Of a DNA stretch of 64,000 nt, positions 41,044 through 52,771 are shown in pieces. Source of the DNA: Octopus sinensis (Eukaryota); the NCBI RefSeq assembly GCF_006345805.1, contig NC_043000.1, forward strand, positions 107,942,001-108,006,000, given 5' to 3'. The notes beneath the pieces are model-generated. The model had not been told where the DNA came from, searched no databases, and saw only the letters and a program-made list of their open reading frames with translations. The position numbers were made by a program, and so were the translations under genes. Position 1 is the first letter of the stretch. Each line of letters begins with the position of its first letter.

Positions 41044-42225
41044 TATTATTATTATTATTTTATATTATTATTAGTCTCTGTGAAGTTAAAACATTTCTAG
41101 GGTAACTTCTGTTGAATGGTAATTATTCTGTATGATAGGTGGGTTGGCCAGATGGTAAGGACAAGCTTTCTTGGTTACATTTTGGGGAGGTCTAAATCGT
41201 TAGAATTTATTCATGCATGTGCTGTTTTGTAATTTGGTGTGTATTTTTAAGTGCCAACGTATTCACAAAACAATGTGGTTAGTTTGTTGGTTTGATTGTT
41301 ATGACTTTTATTTGATATTAAGGAGATGTTTTTAACTTTTAGAGTTCAGTCCGTTGTTTTGACCTTTGTGTTCAGGCGTGTTACTTATGCTAGCTTTTAA
41401 GGGATTGGTATTGAAGGGTTCACAAAATAATGTATGTGGTAAGGATTAGTTAATTGTGTCAGGTTGATATTATTTATGCTTTTTAACGAGTTTATATTGG
41501 GAGGGTGTTGATTATTATTTAAGCATGTCACAGTGATTTTAGTGTGTAAAATTTTTTTTCCACGCTAATAATACGAGAGTATGTAGCTAAGTTCAAAACT
41601 TTAGATGTTGCTGGTCAGCGTATTTGTCTCTTGGAATCATTGTTGTGGAAAATATTTGGTTGCTATTATTAAGTTTTAATGCATATGTTTAAAGAGGTGA
41701 ACGTTGTAGGCTGTTTTTTTAATAAATATTTCTGATGTTCAGATTCAAGCATGGGTAAATTTCATACTATGTTATTTGTACTTATTAAAATACGCAAAAG
41801 CTGAGCATTACAAAAAATGTGCGAGAAATTCTAAGCCAGATTATTCTTCTAACATCCTTCCATAAATAAATGTGTGAGCATTTGTTGAGTTAGGAACTTA
41901 CAGTTAATTTCTGCATGACTTATTCAGTGTCGAGTTGTAACATCAGATTTTCTGCGTGTTTTTATGGAGATAGAAAACTGAGGAGTTACTTATAGGAAAA
42001 GTAAGGTGGTGCGGTATTTTCATATTTAGCTGTTAGACGAGACGATTGGTTTCAACATTTTTGTTTTAAAGAGTTTCTGCTTACATAAGCAGACTAATTC
42101 GGATCAGTTCAGAGTTTAGTTCTTGTATGTAAGAATGGGGTAGGATTCGTTGGTAAAGTCCGTTGATGGCTTCATTAGCTAGCTATGTGTTTGTGTGTTG
42201 TATATATAATATATATTATATATAT

Positions 42226-42259
<34 letters not shown>

Positions 42260-42313
42260 ATATATATAATATATATATACATATAATATATATATATATA
42301 TATGTATGTATGT

Positions 42314-42363
<50 letters not shown>

Positions 42364-42405
42364 ACATACATACATATATAACATATATATATATATATCT
42401 ATATA

Positions 42406-42447
<42 letters not shown>

Positions 42448-42461
42448 ATATGTATGTATGT

Positions 42462-42516
<55 letters not shown>

Positions 42517-43164
42517 ATATTTTATATATATAATATATATAATATATAGAATATATCAAGAGAAAAACAAAGGGAGAGAGAGGATGAAGTACAGGGAAGG
42601 ATTGTGTGATTTACATACAGCTCTCCGAAAATGAATGGAAATTTCTATTATGAGGAATTTTCTACGAAAGAATAATGAATTCAACTTTGCATGAACTATT
42701 AAACAACGTTTGTACATAACCCTAAGACAATTCCTTCATTCTGCCTATTCCAAAGCAAACTACCAATTAGAAATGCATTCGTTGTTTTCCCAAATTTATA
42801 TATCTTTTAAAGATTTCCTCCTAACGGTATCAATCATTCTCTTTCTGGCTATCCAAATTATAATTGCCAAAGCAAATGTAGATCACTCTCATTTGTTTTG
42901 AAGTCACAAATAGTTCAAAAATCGCATTAAAAAATACACCGAAACAAATAAAAACCAAAGCAATAAGGAAAAATAACGGTCAACTTACAACAGAGATAAT
43001 GTAGTATATTCTCTAATAACCATGCTTCCATGAAAATAATGACTTTGTTTCTTTAACATTTTCTCCTATTTGGGCGTTTAACGGTATTGATTTCTCGATT
43101 AACTATATGGAGATCATTTCCGCCATTATCTTCAGCCACAATTTCTTTCGTTCTCACTCTCTCT

Positions 43165-43210
<46 letters not shown>

Positions 43211-44019
43211 GCGTGTATGTATATTTATATACATATATTTATATTATATATACACATAATATATCATATCAATATATGTGTATGCATAATGTATAAATTA
43301 AATATATATGATATATTTTATATATATCTTTCTCTCTCTCAGTCTCTTTATCTAGCTATTTGTCTGTTTATCTTTCAAATTCACGGCAGACATGGTGCTG
43401 TGTTTTGATTGCCAATTTAATTTCATCATTCACAGAATGAGTTTTGTTCATGTAAGCAGTCATAAAGACAGTATTGAACTGCTCTCTGTCGTTAGTAGCG
43501 ATGCAGTAAATCAGCTAGTTACCATACCAACCACTGCTGCGACTCGGCTTTTGAAACTTCCAGAAAAGAACCATAAAATATGCTATCGGCACTCGACCTA
43601 GCAGCTTAATAAGCCATTTCTCAATGCAACATTCAAAATGTATTTATATGATGTATACAAAGTCCTTACCATTTTAAAGCAGAAAGAAATCAATGTAATC
43701 TTATCTATATTCAAAGTGTATACATAGAAAATATATCAGGAAGTATGTATATTAATATTAGTCGACTTTACATTTCATCCCGAAAGTATAAAATGAAAAA
43801 TCGACCTCGTGGGCATTTTGTCCGGCATGCCTACGATTCTGTCAGCTCGACGCCTTATATATATATATTAATATTAATATCCATACTCAAGTAGTACTTA
43901 TTTTATCGACATCCTTTCGGGTCGATGAAATAAGTACCACTTGAGTATTGGGGTCGATGTAATCGACTTATCCGCTTTCCTGAAATTGCTGGCATTGTGC
44001 CAAAATCTGAAACCAATAT

Positions 44020-44064
<45 letters not shown>

Positions 44065-44069
44065 CAATG

Positions 44070-44410
44070 ATAAATATCAAAGTGAGTTATCTACAGTAGC
44101 GGTAACACATCGTGACGTATATTTGCCATTTCAATATGGCTAAGTTGGAAAAAGTACAAGTATTTGTGAAGGAAATTCTAATTCTCGCCGACAACTGTGA
44201 TTGTCACACGCTGACGAGAGGTCAATACCTCGAAACTCGAGTCCGTGTGTATCATAAGTTGAAGACGGGAAGGATGACTTCCCTTTGCAAATACCGATAG
44301 GACACAGAAAGTGTGTCTATGGCCAGATGGAGGAGTGTGTCCTCCTGGGGCTAAAAACTACAGTAGCATCCACCCTTCGGGGTTAGCCATATTGAAATGG
44401 CAAATATACG

Positions 44411-44414
<4 letters not shown>
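44070..44414 (+). mobile_element. PLE/retrozyme-like element, family E, with perfect 32-bp inverted repeats (44112-44143 / 44383-44414)
   Basis: GTGACGTATATTTGCCATTTCAATATGGCTAA ... TTAGCCATATTGAAATGGCAAATATACGTCAC; long (TA)n immediately after, another just before. Confidence 0.75.
44205..44249 (+). ncRNA. Minimal type I hammerhead ribozyme (canonical core)
   Basis: CACACG-CTGACGA-GAGG tcaata CCTC-GAAA-C tcga G-TC-CGTGTG: 6-bp stem I, 4-bp stem II, palindromic stem III (ACTCGAGT), GUC triplet at 44241-44243. Confidence 0.9.
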
Positions 44415-44488
<74 letters not shown>

Positions 44489-44759
44489 TTCATCTTAAGC
44501 AATGTGAGGAGATTTTATCGTTAACTTGTTTTTATCATTAATGGGGAGGGGAGGGGAGTGTTGTGTACCTATAGCAGTGACATAAATACAGATTTCTACT
44601 CTTTCATACTATAGTTTACTCCTCAGACAACATTTTGTTTCGACTGTTAACTCTGTATCATCTGTGGGTGAATGTGTTGACTGCATATAGCAATCTTTTA
44701 AATACAGACAGGAAGTTTACATATTATTACTGGCGATAGTAATCTGGCGAAAAGAAGCA

Positions 44760-45620
44760 CTACTCCTTCTTGGAGATTTTATCTGACAGGCGGTGAACAT
44801 GGAATATACTCAGAAAAGAAAAACCAGTTGTAATGTCCCAGCGTACGTTAGTTAAAGCTTTCTCGGAGTCAAATATTTATCTGAATGAACAAAAAATGCC
44901 GGTTGTGAATAAATTCATGTATTTGGGCAGTTCCGTGAACATGACAAATATTTTTGGTGATTTAAACTCCCTCTGAATCTAGAAATTCACTGTAGTCAAA
45001 AAATTGGATTGACTTCTATGGTCTTAGTATGGAATTTCAATAGAGAAAAAGTTGACGTTCTGAATTTCCCCGTACGAGGGGGTGTTGAAAAGTTACTGGC
45101 TTTTGGTAAAAGAAAATACAGGAGTATCAGTTAATTATGATATTATTTAACATATTCCTTTGTCGGATTCACACACCTATTGCAGTAGTCCTTTAGTTTT
45201 TCTAAGTCCTGTAAAAGAACTTGGAAGGTCGGGCCTCCAACCAGGTCTTTTGCAATGCCCCTAAAGTCATGAATATTTCAGCACCCCTCCGGAATTTGTG
45301 TTTGTTGCTAAATGTATATGAGACTTGACTTACTTAGCGGATACCTGAAGAAAAGGCAGGATCGATTTTAACAGCAGTGTGTACACAGTATGCTTGTATC
45401 CGATGGCAAACGTGAGTGACCCTCTAGTCTTCGAACTCAGTCTACTTGTATAGAGTCTCTAGTACCTCCACACCGATTACAATGGAATAGTTATGTGGTC
45501 AGGAGGGAAACAATTTTTGTGAGATTAGCTTGTCCGCAATACAAAACCGGTGTAAAAGTCCTGACTGCATCAAGAATATAATGGAGAAGTGTAGAGATAA
45601 TCTTTGTTCACCTCGTAGAT
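44760..45620 (+). mobile_element. RTE (BovB-like) LINE RT fragment, decayed, interrupted by a MITE
   Basis: K..V.MSQ.....ES.IYLNEQKMPVVNKFMYLGSSV; after the MITE YET(W)..YLKK.QDRF.QQC...IRWQ...RLQW..YVVR, collinear with RTE VDKFTYLGS / ETW / LDRFHQRCLR / IKWQD / LRWAGHVVR motifs. Confidence 0.7.
45075..45291. mobile_element. Mariner-type MITE
   Basis: TA|CGAGGGGGTGTTGAAAAGT ... TATTTCAGCACCCCTC(C)G terminal inverted repeats; left TA target intact, right end decayed. Confidence 0.75.
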
Positions 45621-46054
45621 CGTTTATCGCGGAGAAAAGCAGTACATAAGAGGAAGAAATTCGAACTAAATTGTTTATCGCATGTGAAGCTTAACGAGAA
45701 GAGGCTTGATGCAAATTTGCCGGTGTAAGACAGCGAACAGCCCGATTGAATATGCACCCTGTCCAGGAATTGAAACCACAATCTGGTGATGGTGAACGCA
45801 ATATCCTAACAAGTAGGTCACGTATTCGTGTGGACGTACGCACAACACGAGTATTTTCTCACAAACACTGTAAACAACATAAATTTGAATATTTTAATGA
45901 GAGGTGATTGAAGGACATATTTAATGATGCTGAATAAGCCATTCCATGAAAAAAATACAGAGCGCCTATAATATTGTGTGCATGGAATCTAAGCAGCATA
46001 AGGTGCTGCTGATGTTAGTACTGCTGCAACAACAGCAACAATAGCAACAACATT

Positions 46055-46102
<48 letters not shown>

Positions 46103-46453
46103 AACTACTACTACTACTTGTGCATTTGTGCTTAACTGTTGCTGACTAAAATTTAATTAGCACATTAAAATATGAACTTGTACGTAAGAAGACCTACACA
46201 AGCAGATTTAATGTCAATTCCTATCTGCATACATTTCCGAAAGTACTTGTAAGGTGTATTTATTGTTATCCAGTTCTTTTGGTGAAACCTTTACATATTC
46301 AAATGATTCATACAGGTGAGATTGGACGAAAATGTATTTTTTGTACTCGTTGATACTAATAAAAGATACAAACACTCAGATCTTGAAATTTATGCGTTTC
46401 CCCCCCAAAATAGATAGTCCGTTTTATTATTAATCAGAAAATCTATGTCTTCT

Positions 46454-46527
<74 letters not shown>

Positions 46528-46544
46528 ATCTATCTATCTATCTA

Positions 46545-46581
<37 letters not shown>

Positions 46582-46598
46582 GTGTCTGTCTATCTATA

Positions 46599-46637
<39 letters not shown>

Positions 46638-46674
46638 ATATCTATCTATCTATGTTCCTGCTTTATCTATTATA

Positions 46675-46728
<54 letters not shown>

Positions 46729-46850
46729 CATAACTTATGAACATAATAGGTTTGCATATGTATGTCCATGATTTAATATTGGTAATATACCGGTGGTGTA
46801 ATGGATACTTCTATCTCTTAGACGCTTAGTTTAACCTTTAACTCTACTAA

Positions 46851-46929
<79 letters not shown>

Positions 46930-46931
<2 letters not shown>

Positions 46932-47627
46932 AATTAAGGACTGAACACGAAAAAGTGGACTGTCAACATGCTAGATATAGACGTCAAATCGTCATTCTCC
47001 ACAAAGAGTTTGTTCTCAAATAAAATAAAATTCAGCACGACCTAAAGCAATAGATAAGACAAAAGAAATATACGAAATGGAATAATCACCAGCGTACCGA
47101 ATGGTTTCAGCTATTAATATCACAAGGATATCTGTAGCTTCGTCAGCGCAGTTTGTTATGAGCATAATATGCTGTACTAGATGAAAAATGATACCGGAGT
47201 CCCGTATGCAAAAAGTACAACCTATTAAGTTCGGATGTATCTTTCAAAAGCCTCTACTTTTGGCGCGCTGAGACTCGAAAAACCAGCCTGCAGCTAATAA
47301 TTAGCAGCAGTCAATTTATCGGTTTGAGAACATATATTTTCATATTTAAAAATTAAGGGTAAAAATTGATATTAGTCAATTTAAACCAGTGGTCTAGCAC
47401 ATTAAAAAGAATCCGAAGATTAAAATATTTATATATACCAATTAAGGACTGAACACGAAGAAGTGGACAGTCAACATGCTAGATATAGACGTCTATATCT
47501 AGCATGTTGACTGTCCACTTTTTCGTGTTCAGTCCTTAATTGGTATATATAAATATTTTAATCTTCGGATTCTTTTTAATGTGCTAGACCACTGGTTTAA
47601 ATTGACTAATATCAATTTTTATCCTTA

Positions 47628-47631
<4 letters not shown>
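46930..47631 (-). mobile_element. PLE/retrozyme-like element, family F: 508-bp monomer with 56-bp direct repeats plus 141-bp-arm terminal palindrome
   Basis: Direct repeats 46930-46985 / 47438-47493; loopless palindrome centred on GAC|GTC (47350-47490 / 47491-47631, ~2 mismatches); (TA)n both sides. Confidence 0.8.
47092..47149 (-). ncRNA. Type I hammerhead ribozyme (canonical core)
   Basis: Reverse complement GCG-CTGACGA-AGCTA [ca GATAT ccttgtg ATATT aa] TAGCT-GAAA-CC attc GG-TA-CGC: stem III with 4-nt loop, GUA triplet, extended stem II. Confidence 0.85.
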
Positions 47632-47667
<36 letters not shown>

Positions 47668-48186
47668 GCACACACATAAATACACGAGCACACACATACA
47701 CACAGGGGTTACATTTCCTGGATATAGCACCTGTTTTTCAGCTTCCGCCCATGCACTGTACCACCAAGAGGAAGTCGAGACTGACTACAATAATTTCAGA
47801 TACTGTTGGGATCTATTTCTTGCGATACTTTTTTGTGGACGTGTGCATAAGATTGATTATGAAGTATAATTAGGAATAATGGTTACTATCTACAATATTG
47901 ATAGATCATTTTCAGTAAAGTTCACAGTTTGTTAGTCACTGCCACGGTCTATAGAATAAAGACACTAAGTGGAAAGGAAAACAATAAGATAACAAAACAT
48001 AACAGTCATGTCTCATTAAAAAAGTAATTGATGATTATAGACGTAAAGTATTATCATGAACATTATCATCAAACTTCGACATTCATCACTACCATCATAA
48101 TAAGCATGGTCATTATTATGCTGACGATCAGGATCCTCATTGCCGTTCTATTCGTCGTCGTTGCCGTCGTTGTCAGTATCATGACC

Positions 48187-48218
<32 letters not shown>

Positions 48219-48366
48219 CATGATCATCATCATGATCATCATCATCATCGCGTATAAAATGTGCTTGAACTCCAGAGTTAACATGAAATATCTTCGCCTC
48301 TATCATTTTCTTGTTCATTGCTCATTTGTTTAATTAAATTTGCTCCTGATCAAAGCAAATACAATA

Positions 48367-48437
<71 letters not shown>

Positions 48438-48634
48438 TATGTATGTATACATACATATATATACACGCGCTTATGTATATATATGTACATATATATATGT
48501 GTGTTTATGTGCGTGTTTGTGTGATTATGCATGCAAGTATTTGTGCCTGCGTAAATGTGTGCGTGCAATCCATATACATATATAAACATATATGTACATC
48601 AACATACATATGTTTGTGTATGTATGTATCTACT

Positions 48635-48700
<66 letters not shown>

Positions 48701-48701
48701 A

Positions 48702-49210
48702 CAAGTGCGATGGGTAAATTGTCGCAATTTTATGCTTTTGATTTCGTGCATGCACATTGTTTGTTTTTGATTTTGCCGACTACACAGTATAGTAGGGTTA
48801 GCTGGGCACTTTGTGTGAGAAAAGCAGCACCATGACGCAGTTAATCTTCCAGGAATTTGGAAACGACGTGCTTGGTGTTCGCGCCAGAAGCCCAAATACG
48901 AACATTTCAGATTGCTTGGGTGTCAATCAATCTGAGGACAGTGCAAACTGAAGACATGTACCGAGAGTGATAAAAATCAAACATCTAGTCAACATCATGG
49001 TGCTTGGAGTGATCACTAGTGATGGCGACGTTATGCCTCCATTCATCTTCGCACACGACCTCAGACTCAACGGAGGTGTCTACATCAAGTGCCTGGATGA
49101 AGTAGTGTTGCCCTGGGTCAAAATGGTGGCTACTGGATCAACCCAAGTCTGGCAACAGGATTCTGCACCATGTCACACAAGTAGGAGAACTCAGTCATGG
49201 CTGTCAGACA
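48702..49210 (+). mobile_element. Tc1/mariner-superfamily transposon, left end plus internally deleted DDE/D domain
   Basis: TA|CAAGTGCGATGGGTAAATTGTC left end; KIKHLVNIMVLGVITSDGDVMPPFIF...YIKCLDEVVLPW...WQQDSAPCHTSRRTQSWL (second catalytic D in QQDSAPCH); truncated by a triplet microsatellite. Confidence 0.85.
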
Positions 49211-49288
49211 GCATCAGCATCAGCGGTAACAGCAGCAGCAGCAGCAGCAACAACAACAACAACAACAACAACAATGATAATGATAATA

Positions 49289-49341
<53 letters not shown>

Positions 49342-49363
49342 TATTATTATTATTATTATTATT

Positions 49364-49893
49364 GAGTGAGCGAGCAGAGCATGCCATCAAAGTGACACTG
49401 GGGTAAAATATACGAAGCCCAGTATACCCATCATGACTACCCGTCTGATAAGGGTACACCAGGCACATGTATCACAACCATATGTGCACGACATGGTGAT
49501 CTCATATCAAGATAAACAGCACATGACCTTGCAGGTGGAGCCCAGTTAGAATTTTCTTCAGATCGAGTAACCCATCCCGCTCAAAAGGTCCCTGAATAAG
49601 GGTTGTTTAAGGACGTTGAACGAAACACCCATGTTTCCAGAGGTGAATTATTCAAACCCCAAAGAATCCTTCTCAACACATGGCTATGATGCTCCCCCAC
49701 TACTTCTGCTCGTGATCAGAGATGCACATATCGTCAGCCACTAAGGGACATGCTCAACTGGTTAAGGTCAAACAACTGACAAGCAAATCTGTGGTATTGA
49801 GCAGAATATTTGCTGTAGCCCATCTTTTATACCAAGACAAAACAATGTACATGATAACACTTCCAATCAGTTAAGATCAGAAGCCTTGAGAGC
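49364..49893 (-). mobile_element. ~550-bp (AAT)n-tailed non-coding interspersed repeat, copy 1
   Basis: Reverse-complement homolog of 51036-51589; both ends lie in (AAT/ATT)n. Confidence 0.8.
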
Positions 49894-49919
49894 TTTATTA
49901 TTATTATTAATAATAATTC

Positions 49920-50772
49920 TACTCTAGGCACAAGGCCTTGAATGTTTTAGAAGAAGAGGGATTGTCGATTATATCGACCCCGTGCTCAACTGGTACTTAT
50001 CTCATCGACCATTGCAGGATGAAAGGCAAAGTCAACCACGGCGGAATTTGAACTCAGAATGTAGCTACGGGCGAAATACTGCTAAGCCTTTCGTTCCGCG
50101 TGCTACAGATTCTTATTTCTTTATTGCCCACAAGGGGCTAAACACAGAGAGGACAAGCAAGGACAGAAAAACGGATTAAGTCGATTATATCGACCCCAGT
50201 GCGTACTCTTTTACTCTTTTTTTTTTACTCTTTTTACTTGTTTCAGTCATTTGACTGCGGCCATGCTGGAGCACCGCCTTTAGTCGAGCAACTCGACCCC
50301 GGGACTTATTCTTTGTAAGCCCAGTACTTATTCTATCGGTCTCTTTTGCCGAACCGCTAAGTGACGGGGACGTACACACACCAGCATCAGTTGTCAAGCA
50401 ATGCTAGGGGAACAAACACAGACACACAAACATATTCACACACACTTATATATATATATATACATATATACGACAGGCTTCTTTCAGTTTCCGTCTACCA
50501 AATCCACTCACAAGGCATTGGTCGGCTCGGGGCTATAGCAGAAGACACTTGCCCAAGATGCCACGCAGTGGGACTGAACCCGGAACCATGTGGTTGGTTA
50601 GCAAGCTACTTACCAAACAGCCACTCCTGCGCCTATGGTACTTATTTAATCGACCCCGAAAGGATGAAAGGCAAAGTCGACCTCGCCGGAATTTGAACTT
50701 AGAACGTAACGGCAGACGAAATACTTCTAAGCATCTCGCCCGGCGTGCTAACGTTTCTGCCAGCTCGCCGCC
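49920..50772 (-). mobile_element. SINE family 2 multimer interrupted by a full SINE family 1 copy (50205-50633)
   Basis: Family 2 sequence CCCCAGTGCGTA|..|TGGTACTTATTTAATCGACCCC is split by the family 1 insert. Confidence 0.85.
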
Positions 50773-50927
50773 TTTCTGTCAGGCATCTTAAACAAATACC
50801 ATCTTCTATAGTCTTCTAAGCAAAATTTGACCTTTGTACTTGACTCCTACTTTATTTTATTGACCCTCAATTTATGAAAGAATAAGTCGACTCCGGTATG
50901 ATTTCAATTCACAAGGGAAAAGTCGGA

Positions 50928-50988
<61 letters not shown>

Positions 50989-51035
50989 GTAATGATAATA
51001 ATAATAATAATAATAATAGTAATAGTAATAGTAAA

Positions 51036-51589
51036 TGCCCTGATGCAGTACCAGGCAGTGGCTCTCATTGCTTCTCACCTTAACTGATTGGAAGTGTTAT
51101 CATGTACATTGTTTTGTATTGGTATAAAAGATGGGCTACAGCAAATATTCTGCTCAATACTGCAGATTTGCTTGTCAGTTGTTTGACTTTAAACATTTGA
51201 GCATGTCACTTGGTGGCTGACGATATGTCCCTCTCTGATCCTGAACAGAAGTAGAGGGGGAGCATTGTAGCCATGTGTTGAGAAGAATTTGGGGGGTTTG
51301 AATAATTCACCTTTGGACAAATAAATATTTAGTTTAATATCCTTAAACAACACTTATTCAGGGACCTTTGAGTGAGATGGGCTACTTGACCTGAAGAAAA
51401 TTCTAACTAGGTCCCCACCTGCAAGTTCATGTGTTGTTTATCTTCATATGAGACCGCCATGTCGTGCACATATTATTGTGATGCATGTGTCTGGTGTACC
51501 CTTATCAGACGGGTAGTCATGATGAGTATATTGGGCTTCGTATATTTTACCCCAGTGTCACTTTGATGGCATGCACTGCTCTCTTACTC
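51036..51589 (+). mobile_element. ~550-bp (AAT)n-tailed non-coding interspersed repeat, copy 2
   Basis: TGCCCTGATGCAGTACCAGGCAG...CACTGCTCTCTTACTC-AATAATAAT; a further fragment lies at 60495-60660. Confidence 0.8.
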
Positions 51590-51872
51590 AATAATAATGA
51601 TAATAATAATCTATTGGAACAAAGCTTGAATTTTCCGGAAGCGGAACTAGGCGATTGTATCTACCCTAGTACTTGACTGATACTTATGTTATCGATGAAG
51701 AGCAAAGTCGACTACGGAGTCAGAACGTAAAGCTGGACGAGATGCTGTTGAGTATTTCTTCCGGAGGGCTAACGATTCTGCCAATCACCGCCGTAACAGC
51801 ACCACCGCCACCACCACCACCACCACCAACAACAACAACACCAACAACAAGAACAACACCACCACAACCACC

Positions 51873-51904
<32 letters not shown>

Positions 51905-52653
51905 CAACACTAACAACAACAACACTAACAACAACACTAACAACAACAACAGCAACAACGACAACAATTTCAAATTTTTGCACGAAGTCAGCAATCAGCT
52001 ACTTCGAGTGCAGAATAAATCAATCATATCGACCCCAATGCTCAGCTGATACGTATTTTATCGACCTCCGAAAGGATGTAAGTCAAAGACGACCCCGTCT
52101 GCATTTGAACTCTGATCGTAAAGGCAGACGAAATTCTTCTGCGCACTTGGCCCAACGTGCGATCGATTCTGTTAGCTCGACGCCTAACAACAACAACAAT
52201 AATAATAAAGTCTTTCAGTAAACAGGAAAATGAGCATTTTCTTCCTACCTTTATAAACAGTATTTCCTGATAAAAGTCCCACTTTAACATTATAACGTTG
52301 CAACATAAATTCAATGATCACAGCTGGTCGTGCTTTATTGTATTTCGTGCTTCAAATAATATCAAGGCAATAAGACTATTTTTATAGTTGTAAAACGTTT
52401 AGAGCGCATTAAGCATATATGACGCTCATACACATACATACATACATACATACATACATACATACATACATACATACATACATACATACATACATGTATA
52501 TGTATATATATATATGTGTGTGTGTGTGTGTATGTGTGTGTATGTGTGTGTATGTATATATATAATATATATATATATATGAAAAAACAATGCTAAGCAT
52601 TTTCTATTTTGACTTGTTTTTTCATATATATCAGCTCGTGTGTTCCTTTTCAC

Positions 52654-52697
<44 letters not shown>

Positions 52698-52733
52698 GCG
52701 TCTATCTACCTGTCTGCCTGTCTGTCTGTCTTT

Positions 52734-52771
<38 letters not shown>

